Source of the DNA: Planctomycetota bacterium
GTDB taxonomy: Bacteria; Planctomycetota; B15-G4
NCBI GenBank assembly: GCA_965248575.1
Contig: CBDFJQ010000002.1
Coordinates: forward strand, 1,184,001 to 1,248,000
Reading direction: 5' to 3'
Length of the DNA stretch: 64,000 bases
Below are positions 37,081 through 45,600 of this stretch, in pieces (positions within the stretch are counted from its first letter, which is position 1; each line of letters opens with the position of its first letter). A program made the position numbers and the translations under genes. The notes under the pieces were generated by a model. That model did not search any database. It saw only the letters and a list, made by a program, of their open reading frames with translations, and was not told the DNA's origin.

Positions 37081-38085
37081 CAGCACCTTTTGCGGAATGG
37101 CCATCTTGGGGTTGCTGGGCGTGATCGTCGACGGCTTGCCGCCGGAGGGGAAGTAGAACTCGTAGTGCAGGGGGGTCGGCTCAAAACCCATGTGCTGCTT
37201 GAACGACGCTGGCCCGGAGCCACAGCGGCTGCGGCCAAAGTCGAAGATGCGATAGCCCTTGCGAACCGCATCTTCCATCAACGATGCGTACATCGTGTTG
37301 TTGACACCCAGGCGACCAGCGCCTTCGGCCGCACCTGAGTAGTACGCATAGAGCACGGAGCCGGAAGCCAGGCTCAACACCGCTCCGATCAACTCACCAT
37401 CCTTGGTCACACCGTGCAGCATGGCCCGGTTGCCGTACAGATCCATCAGGCGCCGGAAGTGCCCCTTGCGGAAGACCGGCGAACCGAGGCTGCGCTTGTT
37501 CAGGCAATAGATCTTGTAGAAGTCGTCGAACAGCTGGTCACCTTCGACGAACACGAGCCCATGCTTGTTGCGCGCCTTACGCACTTCCGCGCGTGCCTTG
37601 CGGGGAATGGTCGCCAAGACCTCATCAGGTGATTCGGGGAGTTCCTTGCGGTAGGTCTCGTAGTGTGAACCTGAACCGGAGGTGCGGCCCGTCACCGGTT
37701 CACCCAGGTAGCGCGTTTCGATGTAGCGCACGTGGGTGTTGCGCGCCAGGATCCGCGCCGCCTCATCGAGAGCACCGATGGATTCGGCGTCGCTGGCAAG
37801 GATGCCACCGTAGACACCGTAGGGCACGGACACGAGGCGACGCCCCGTGATCGGGGCTGCCACGAGTGCCAAGGGGAGCACACCGCGGATGTCCCTGCCC
37901 GACCAGGCGATCAAGGTGCGCTGTTCAAAACCCGAGGTGGAACGAACGAGATCCAACCAGCGCGTCTCGTGGAACGGCGTGCCCGCGGGGTGCGCCATGA
38001 CGTAGCGATCCACGGCGCGCGCGTAGCGCACATCGAAGAGATCGACGGAGACGGGCGGCCGATCGGTACGGCGTGACTCGCTCAC
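37018..38085 (-). CDS. FemAB-related GNAT protein, PEP-CTERM/exosortase-A locus type
   Basis: GTPFH, LVSVPYGVYGG, RKARAEVRK, LGSPVF, FDFGRS..GSG..SFK..MGFEP. Confidence 0.82.
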   Translation of the reverse strand: MSESRRTDRPPVSVDLFDVRYARAVDRYVMAHPAGTPFHETRWLDLVRSTSGFEQRTLIAWSGRDIRGVLPLALVAAPITGRRLVSVPYGVYGGILASDAESIGALDEAARILARNTHVRYIETRYLGEPVTGRTSGSGSHYETYRKELPESPDEVLATIPRKARAEVRKARNKHGLVFVEGDQLFDDFYKIYCLNKRSLGSPVFRKGHFRRLMDLYGNRAMLHGVTKDGELIGAVLSLASGSVLYAYYSGAAEGAGRLGVNNTMYASLMEDAVRKGYRIFDFGRSRCGSGPASFKQHMGFEPTPLHYEFYFPSGGKPSTITPSNPKMAIPQKVLSRLPMWAARIVGPALMRHVP

Positions 38086-39476
38086 GGGAGAATCCGTTTC
38101 GTCCGTCGGTAGATCACGTAGCGGTTGTCGTGGCGCGCGAGGGCTGGCGGAATCACCCCCACCCGGTGTGTCTCGCTGAAGAACTCGTGCAGCCATGATT
38201 TGAAATCGGCCCCGTAACCCGAGTCAAGGCGACTCAGCTTGACGGCAACCCAGACCTCGTTCTTGTTCCGGAGGAAGTCGTGACGCTTCTTCGCATCAAT
38301 GGCCGACTCCTCGTGGGTGACGATATCGGCAAAACTGGCCTCTCTATGTAGGTAGACCTCCAGAGTCGCGTGTTCATCCGCCACGATCAGGTCGCCTGGC
38401 GAGCCCTCTTGGGTCAGGTAGGCCGCCACCCCCCGCAGGTCATGCCGGTTTCCATCCTGCCGATAGGCCACGAGCTGCGGAGCAAAGGCCCCAAGCGCCA
38501 GCAGGGCCAGCAGACCACCGATCACGGGGCTCTTCTCGCTGAGGGCATCCCAGGCCCGCCCAGCCAGCAGGAGCACCGCAGGCAGGGAGCACATGACGTA
38601 GCGTTGATGCGTGCTGAAGCCTGCCAAAGAGGGGCCCAGGAGGATCGCGAGGGGAAGTCCGGCCGCCAGCAGCAGCGTGAGGCCCACCCCGCGCCGATCG
38701 CGCCAGGCGGCGGGCACCGCCAGCAGGGCCAGGAATCCGAGCACGGGCCCCACGTTGTAGCCGAGGCCCACGACGAAGTGCCGTGCGCTGTAGCTCCCGG
38801 GATCGAGGCCCTCGTAGACCCGCAGCACGACCTCCTCGAAGCCCCCTTGGTCCAGGGCCCATGCGGCCCCCAGCAAGACGAGCCCCGCCAGCCCCAAGCC
38901 CCCCAACCAACGCCAGCGGATCGGCGGCAGCAGCAGCGGAGCCAGCAGGCCGGGACCCAGCAGCAAGGCCGTGGGATGACAGAGCACAGCCATGACCCAA
39001 GCACCCGCAGCCAGTCGAGGTCGCTGCTTCGGCCCCTGAAGCGCCCAAAGAGTGGCCAAGGCGGAGAACAGCAAGAGCGGCGCGTAGAAGCGCGCCGTCT
39101 GCGCGTGATAGATCAGCCAGGGAGAGCAAGCGGCCAGAGTCGCAGCCCCCAAGCGCACCCGAGGCCGAAGCACATCGGCACGCAGCAGCAGCAAGGCGGC
39201 AACCGCCAACACGCCGGACACCGCGGACGCGGATCGCAGGGCCAGCTCCGAAACCCCCACCACGCTGGCGACGGCTAGCATGAGCAGATAGCCGAGCGGG
39301 TGACTGCGGGCGCCGTGCGACCACTGCTCTCCGGCGAGCATGCGCTGGACGTCATACCAGCTGTAGAGTTCGTCGCCGTCGAGGCTCCAGGCCCCCAGTC
39401 CCAGGAGCCGCATCGCCACCGCCACCCCCAGCACGACGCTGGCCGCGAGCCAACTCAACCGCGGCGCGGAGTTCAC
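38082..39476 (-). CDS. GT-C fold glycosyltransferase (ArnT/PMT-like)
   Basis: First-loop SLDGDE, HPLGY, SPWLIYHAQTARFY, about 11 TM helices plus a soluble C-terminal domain. Confidence 0.75.
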   Translation of the reverse strand: MNSAPRLSWLAASVVLGVAVAMRLLGLGAWSLDGDELYSWYDVQRMLAGEQWSHGARSHPLGYLLMLAVASVVGVSELALRSASAVSGVLAVAALLLLRADVLRPRVRLGAATLAACSPWLIYHAQTARFYAPLLLFSALATLWALQGPKQRPRLAAGAWVMAVLCHPTALLLGPGLLAPLLLPPIRWRWLGGLGLAGLVLLGAAWALDQGGFEEVVLRVYEGLDPGSYSARHFVVGLGYNVGPVLGFLALLAVPAAWRDRRGVGLTLLLAAGLPLAILLGPSLAGFSTHQRYVMCSLPAVLLLAGRAWDALSEKSPVIGGLLALLALGAFAPQLVAYRQDGNRHDLRGVAAYLTQEGSPGDLIVADEHATLEVYLHREASFADIVTHEESAIDAKKRHDFLRNKNEVWVAVKLSRLDSGYGADFKSWLHEFFSETHRVGVIPPALARHDNRYVIYRRTKRILP

Positions 39477-40618
39477 GACGGCGTGCCGCCCTCGGGAGTC
39501 TCGCTCGGGGCCGCCGCCAAGCCGGCGTGCGTTCGCGCCTCCAATCGTCCGGCGGCCTGATCCGCCGGCGGATCGGCATCACCGTCAGGCCCAGCGGCAG
39601 CCGCAGCCGAAGCATCAGCCGCGATCCGGCGAGCCGCGCGGCCGGGCGCCGACTCGCCCTCGACCGTGTAGTCGCGCAGGTTGTGCGAGCTGGTGAAGAT
39701 GATGATCTCGCCCACGAGCCCCAGGGCGAAGATTTGCACGCCCAGCACGATCAAAGCGATGCCCGCCACCAAGGAGGCCCTGTTCCGGGCGGTCCCGGCC
39801 GGGCTCCATTCCAGCAAGTAGTCCAAGCTGAGCCAGAGGCAGATGGCCGCACCCAAGACCGCACACAAGCCACCGGCCATGCCAAAGAAGCGCAACGGCT
39901 TGCGGGTGAACCGCGTGATGAACAGCAGCGCGACCACGTCCAGGATTCGTCGCACGTAGACACCCAGTCCGAAGAAACCCTGCCGCCCCTTCTCGCGCAG
40001 GTGACGCACGCGTACCTCACCCACCTTGAACCCCTGCCGATGGGCAAGCACAGGCAGGAAGCGCGACACATTGCCCTCGACCAGCACCTCCTCCACGACG
40101 CAGCGGCGCATGCCCGTCAGCCCGCAGTTGAGGTCGTGCAGACGCACGCCCGTCAACGAGCTCATCGCGCGGTTGTAGAACCAGGATTGGATGCGGTTCG
40201 TCACAGGGTCGACGCGGGGTACACGCCAACCAGCCACCAGGTCGTACCCACTCTCGAGGGCGTCCAGGACGTGATGGATGTCGCCCGGGTCCAGCTGCAT
40301 GTAGGACGGCAAGGACACCATGAGCCGCCCGTGAGCCGTGCGATAGCCCACGTCCAGGGCGCGCTCCTCACCGAAGGGCTGGTTGAAGTGGGCAAAGCGT
40401 ACTGGAGCACCGGGCGGAACCAGGGCTCGCAGCCGCTGGGTGCGTTCCTCTCCCAGGCCATCCAGCACACAGACGAACTCATAGACCGCACCGCGCTCTT
40501 CGAATTCTGCGCTGTACTGGCGGATGATCTCACCCAGGTCGGGGCAATCCTCCATCAACGCCAAGACAGCGCTGACGTCGACCTCTTGATCGCGTGTCCG
40601 CTCACTCAAGAGAAACAC
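39473..40618 (-). CDS. GT2 polyprenol-phosphate glycosyltransferase-like protein with degenerate DxD
   Basis: FGEERAL, GYDLVAGWR, LHDLNCG, RFLPVLA, two C-terminal TM helices, GLVGE; paralog of the neighbouring gene. Confidence 0.75.
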   Translation of the reverse strand: MFLLSERTRDQEVDVSAVLALMEDCPDLGEIIRQYSAEFEERGAVYEFVCVLDGLGEERTQRLRALVPPGAPVRFAHFNQPFGEERALDVGYRTAHGRLMVSLPSYMQLDPGDIHHVLDALESGYDLVAGWRVPRVDPVTNRIQSWFYNRAMSSLTGVRLHDLNCGLTGMRRCVVEEVLVEGNVSRFLPVLAHRQGFKVGEVRVRHLREKGRQGFFGLGVYVRRILDVVALLFITRFTRKPLRFFGMAGGLCAVLGAAICLWLSLDYLLEWSPAGTARNRASLVAGIALIVLGVQIFALGLVGEIIIFTSSHNLRDYTVEGESAPGRAARRIAADASAAAAAGPDGDADPPADQAAGRLEARTHAGLAAAPSETPEGGTPS

Positions 40619-41598
40619 TCCTCACGGGCCATGGGTGCGTAGGCGGTCTCTCGTGCGGAACTGCTCTTGAGTGCCAGCTCACACAGCAGGCCCATCATCA
40701 GGAAGTAGAACGAGAGACAGAAACTGAGGGTCGCGATGGCTGGCAGAACGACGGTCGAGTAATTGACCAGCTCCATGGTGCCGGTATCCACGAACGCCAC
40801 GAAGCTGAGCCCAAGGGCGGTGAGGAAGGTCGCGATGCCGAGCAGCCCGAAGTAGTGCAGAGGCTGGCCGCTGAAGCGCACCAGCAATCGCAACACCACC
40901 ATGTCCGTCAGCAGCTTCCAGGTGCGCCCGATGCCGTACTTCGAAACGCCTTGGCGACGCGGGTGGTGATGAACCACGCGCTCCCCGACGCGGGCACCCA
41001 CCGCGGCGGCCAGCCCTGGAATGAAGCGGTGCATGTCCGAGTACAGGTGCAGCTTGTGGATGATGCTGGCCCGGTAGGCCTTCAAGGTGCAGCCGAAGTC
41101 GTGTAGCCGGACCCCGGTGATCTCGGCCAGCAGCCAGTTGGCGGCCACCGAGGGAACCACCCGGCTGAGCACGTTGTCCTGGCGGTTCTTGCGCCACCCG
41201 CTGACGATGTCGAAGCCGTCGTCCAGGTCGGCCAGGAGCCCCGGGATGTCGGCTGGGTCGTTTTGCCCGTCGCCGTCCATGGTGACCAGCACCTCCCCGT
41301 GGGCTGCGTGGAATCCCGCGGCCATGGCTGCCGTCTGCCCGAAATTCCGCTGCAGCCGCAACACCCGCAGATACCGGCTGTTGCGACGGTGTTCTTCGAG
41401 GCGTTCGACGGTGCCATCCGTGCTTCCGTCATCCACTACGAGAATCTCCGACTCCCGCGGGATACCGTCGAGGGTGGCCTCAACGTCCTCCAAGAGGGGA
41501 CCGATGGAACCAACCTCGTTATAAACAGGGATGATGACGGACAGCTGGACCACCGGGTGCTCGACGGGTGCTCGAGGGGACACGTTCCGAACCTGCAT
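40606..41598 (-). CDS. GT2 undecaprenyl-phosphate glycosyltransferase (ArnC/DPM1-like)
   Basis: IIPVYNE, VDDGSTDGT, RNFGQTAAM, MDGDGQNDP, HDFGCTLKAYR, MHRFIP, SKYG, two TM helices; start uncertain. Confidence 0.88.
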   Translation of the reverse strand: MQVRNVSPRAPVEHPVVQLSVIIPVYNEVGSIGPLLEDVEATLDGIPRESEILVVDDGSTDGTVERLEEHRRNSRYLRVLRLQRNFGQTAAMAAGFHAAHGEVLVTMDGDGQNDPADIPGLLADLDDGFDIVSGWRKNRQDNVLSRVVPSVAANWLLAEITGVRLHDFGCTLKAYRASIIHKLHLYSDMHRFIPGLAAAVGARVGERVVHHHPRRQGVSKYGIGRTWKLLTDMVVLRLLVRFSGQPLHYFGLLGIATFLTALGLSFVAFVDTGTMELVNYSTVVLPAIATLSFCLSFYFLMMGLLCELALKSSSARETAYAPMAREECFS

Positions 41599-41619
41599 CG
41601 TACCCTGGCCGTCCCTCAC

Positions 41620-42651
41620 ATGAATGCCATGTCGGTGGTCCTCTTCTCTCCTGCCCCGCACCCCGAGCGTCAGGCTCTCCTGTCGGCATTGGAGGCGGGC
41701 CTCGGATCCGTGGCCCTGGTCACCACGGCTCGCCAAGCCATGGAGGCCTGGAACGCCAGCCCCCGCTCCCTGCTGCTGCTGGATTTGCGTGGGGGCGGAT
41801 CCGACGCCCTGGAGGGGGCTCGGGCGGTCCACCAGGCCTGCCCACGGGCTCGCAGTCTTTCTCTGCTGCCGGAGGCGTTGCGAGGAGCCCCTGAGACGGA
41901 CGCCGTCATGCGCCCCCCGATCTACCTCGAAGAGGTGGTCCGCTGGTGTTCACGCGCCGCCCTAGGCCCTCTGGCCGAAGAAATCCTGGCCGATATCTCC
42001 GCCGGCCTCCGTCACGAGATCGGCAATCCCCTGACCTCACTTTTCCTCCAGATCGAGCTGCTGAAGGCCGATCCGACCCTCGAGACAGTCTTGGATCAGA
42101 TCTCCCTGATCGAAGAGTCAGCTCGTCGCATCGAGACCGTCGTCGAGGATGTGGCCAGCGGCGCCCAACGCAGCCTGGTGCGAGCCGAGGAGCTCTCGCT
42201 GGGCGACCTGCTCGAACAGACCAAAACTCGCCTTGCCCAGCGGTCCCCGAAGCTCATGAAGCGCATGGACGTCACCTGTGAAGATGCGGAGCTGCATGTG
42301 GACGGGGTGCTCCTGTCCCAGGCCCTCGCCGATCTCTGGGAGTATCTGTTGCGCGCCGGTGAGGGTGCGGAGCCCTTGAGCATCGAAGCGGGCCGCACGG
42401 CCGGAGGCAGCCTGCGCATCCGGCACAGGGCCCTGACTCCGCGCCTGCCGGAAGACGCCGCCGGCCGACTGTTCACCCCGCTCTGGGCCCGCCAGGCTCT
42501 CGGCCTTCCCGAGGGCATCAGTCTGACGACGGCCCGCAACGCCTTCCGGCGGCACGGGGGCGATCTCAGATCCCGTCAGGACGGAGAGCGTTTGCTCGTC
42601 GAGGCCTTCATCCCCGCCACTCACCAGTCCTCCCTGGAGTTCGGCGCATGA
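41620..42651 (+). CDS. Histidine-kinase-like protein: degenerate receiver-like N-terminus, HisKA, degenerate HATPase
   Basis: LLLLDL receiver-like strand; H-box GLRHEIGNPLTS; F-box-like RLFTP; RRHGGDL; lacks N-box Asn, DxGxG and GxGLG. Confidence 0.7.
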   Translation: MNAMSVVLFSPAPHPERQALLSALEAGLGSVALVTTARQAMEAWNASPRSLLLLDLRGGGSDALEGARAVHQACPRARSLSLLPEALRGAPETDAVMRPPIYLEEVVRWCSRAALGPLAEEILADISAGLRHEIGNPLTSLFLQIELLKADPTLETVLDQISLIEESARRIETVVEDVASGAQRSLVRAEELSLGDLLEQTKTRLAQRSPKLMKRMDVTCEDAELHVDGVLLSQALADLWEYLLRAGEGAEPLSIEAGRTAGGSLRIRHRALTPRLPEDAAGRLFTPLWARQALGLPEGISLTTARNAFRRHGGDLRSRQDGERLLVEAFIPATHQSSLEFGA

Positions 42652-42679
42652 CCGACGCCCGTCCGGGAGACCTGCTCTG

Positions 42680-45600
42680 ATGGCAAGGCGCCGTCGCCGT
42701 CGTCGTCTTACGCGTGCCGTGCCCTGGCTCCTGGCCTTGGGCTTCGTGGTCGTGGTCGGCCTCTTCGTCTATGAGGCCGTGCGCACCAGCGCCGACCGCA
42801 TCGTCGCCGAAGCCGAGTCCATCCGGCGCGGCGACCCCAACAACGGCATCGCTCGCAACCCCGAAGTCGCCCTCGACATGCTCGAGCGTCTGCTGGCGAG
42901 AGAGCCAGAGCATTTCGACGCTTTGATCGAAGCAGCGCGCTCCTGGGCCTCCCTGCGCAGCTACGACAACGCCGTCGAGATGCTTGAGCGCGCAAACGCC
43001 GTCGCTGCGGCGCAGGAGGACACCATCGGCCAGGTGCGCGCCCTGCGACAGGGCGTGGGCTACCTCATCTCCAACCGGAAGTTCGACGACGCCATCGAGT
43101 GGGCCCAGACCGTCGCGTCCATCCAGCCTCACAACATACTCTTCAAGCTCAACTACGGGCTTGCGCTCTACAACAGCTCAACCGCAATCCAGAACATGGT
43201 GTTGCGGCGCTTCGTGCCCATCCTCAAGGTCACCGACGATGGCGATGTGTTCATCGTGGAGTCCATCGAGTCCTACGTGACCGACATCTGGGGTAGCTCT
43301 GACACCGAAGCGCTGATCACCCAGCTGGCACCGAAGGCGGACGAGGGCACGCGAGACGAGATTCGACAGCAGCTCGTCGACTCCCGGGACCTCTTCGGCC
43401 AAGCCGCCGACGTCTTCGTCGACTACCCCAACGCTCCGGCCTTCGACCAAGGTGTCTGCAGAGGGTATGTCGAGCTCTTGCGGCGCTCCGGCCGTGTCTA
43501 CGACGCACACATCGAAGCCGCCATCGCCCTTCGACAACCCAACCTCTCGACGGCCATGAGCCGGATCATGTTGCAGACCCAGGCGCAATGCCTGTTGGTC
43601 CTCGACGAAGTGCACCAGGCCGCCAATCTGTACGAGGAGATCGTCAAGGGCTTTCGCGCGGCAGGCACATGGCCCCCGCCGACCTTCGTGCAGTCGCTCA
43701 TCGACAACCGCGTGCTGGCGGAGGACTGGGACTGGATCCTCGCAAACCATGCCGAGTACGAGGAGCTCACCAACAACGACGTCCTGTTGCAGTACGCCCA
43801 CGCGGCCGCACTATCCGCCACGGGGGACCTGGACGCGGCCGTCGAGGAGATCCAACAGCCGTTCACGACCTTGAGCCTGGGCACGAGATTGCCACCCAGC
43901 GTGCGCAGCTTCCCGGACCGCCGGCGCCGCATCCTGCTCTTGGCGCACTCCTTGTTCGACCAGCTGGACGACACCAACGCCCTCACGGCCTTGGACGCCC
44001 TGATCGATAACTTCCCCCATGACAGCGAGGGACTGGAAGCGCGCATCCAGGTCCAGATAGAACGCGACCGTCTCGAGCTGGCGATGGAGGATGCCTTCGC
44101 CCTGCTCACGTCTGACCGGCGCCGGCCCGAAGACTTCCAACGCTGGCTGGACATCGCCAACGAACTCTCGCTCCAACGCTATGGGTTGAGCCTGGACGAA
44201 CGTGCGACGGAGATGATCGAGAAGGACCTGGAGTTCCAGGCCGCCAGCGCTCAGGCCGGCTTCGAGACCAATCAGGGGCGCCCGCAGGACAGCTGGCGGA
44301 GCGACACCGGTTCCACCAGCAGCGCGGCCTATCTGACCAAGGCTCCGGCCCTGGCCTGGACCACCATCCGCGAGCGCATTCCACGCAACCAGCTGGAACG
44401 CGCACGGAACGACCTGCGACGGCTCAGCCAGGACCATCCGGAGGTCCAGGAGTTCCGGGTGCAGCTCGGCAAGCTCCTGGTCCGACAGGGTCGGCTCGAC
44501 TCCGCCGTTGCGGAGTTCCGGGACGTCTTGAGCCAGGTGCCTTCCGACACCGAGCTGCTGGACCTCACCACCCGTATCGAGTTCTCCAGCGGCAACTCCG
44601 AGCAGGCAGCCGAGCTCGTGAACCAGATGATCCTCCATGATCCCTTGGGCGTCGGTGCCGTTCGCTACGGCAAGAACCTGCTGGAACGCGGTCGCATTGA
44701 CGAAGCACAGGATCTCATCAAGCGTCTGCTGCGTTGGCCTGACTTCACGCCGGGCCGCGACCTCTTCATCATGTCCGCACGCGCCTTCCTCGCGCGGGGC
44801 GACATCGACAGCGCCACGGCGCTCCTGGTCAACCTGAGCAACCAGTTTCCGAACAACGAAGACGTGGCCCTGCTCGGCCTGGAGATCGGCCTGAGTTCCG
44901 GGGACGAAGGGGTCATCGCCTCTGCGGTGGCACACCTGCGGCCCATGATCACCGGCTTGCTTCCCGACCAGGTGGGCGATCTCGCGTGGAACCTCCTCGA
45001 CTATGAGTACTTCGAAGAGATGCTGGAGATCTTCCCGGAGGTTCTCCGGGATCTGCCCGTGCTGCGTCCGGCGTTGCGCCCGCTCGCCGAAGCTTCCAAG
45101 GCCATCGGTGACACGGACGAAGCCGATCGCCTGCTGGAGTTGCTCGACGACAGCGAGGCCCTCAGGGATCGCTTCCTGCTGATGTCCTTCGTTGGCCGAA
45201 CCGAAGACGCCAGCCGGCGACTGCGCCTGACCACTGGGCGGGACGACCAGCAGCAGGACCTCGACTTCTGCTTGCTCTCAGCCGCCTCGCTCATGGGCTT
45301 CCAGTCGATGTACGACCTCGTGCCCGTGGTCCGCCTGCGCGACCTGGGGGTCGACCTCGAACTGGACCCCGCCAGCCTGGAGCTGTTGGATGCCGTCATG
45401 CGCATCATGCCCAGCAGGGATCGCCTGGACGAGGTCGTGCCGCGCGACGTCGTGGAGAACCCGCTGAAGGCCTACCCCAACGCTGGGCCGGATGTGGTTC
45501 GTCTCCTGGATGCGCTCAAGCAGGACCCGGAACGGACGGCCGAGACCATGCGCGCGCTGGTGCTGCTCATGATGTCCATCGACCGCCCGTTCTGGTGGCG

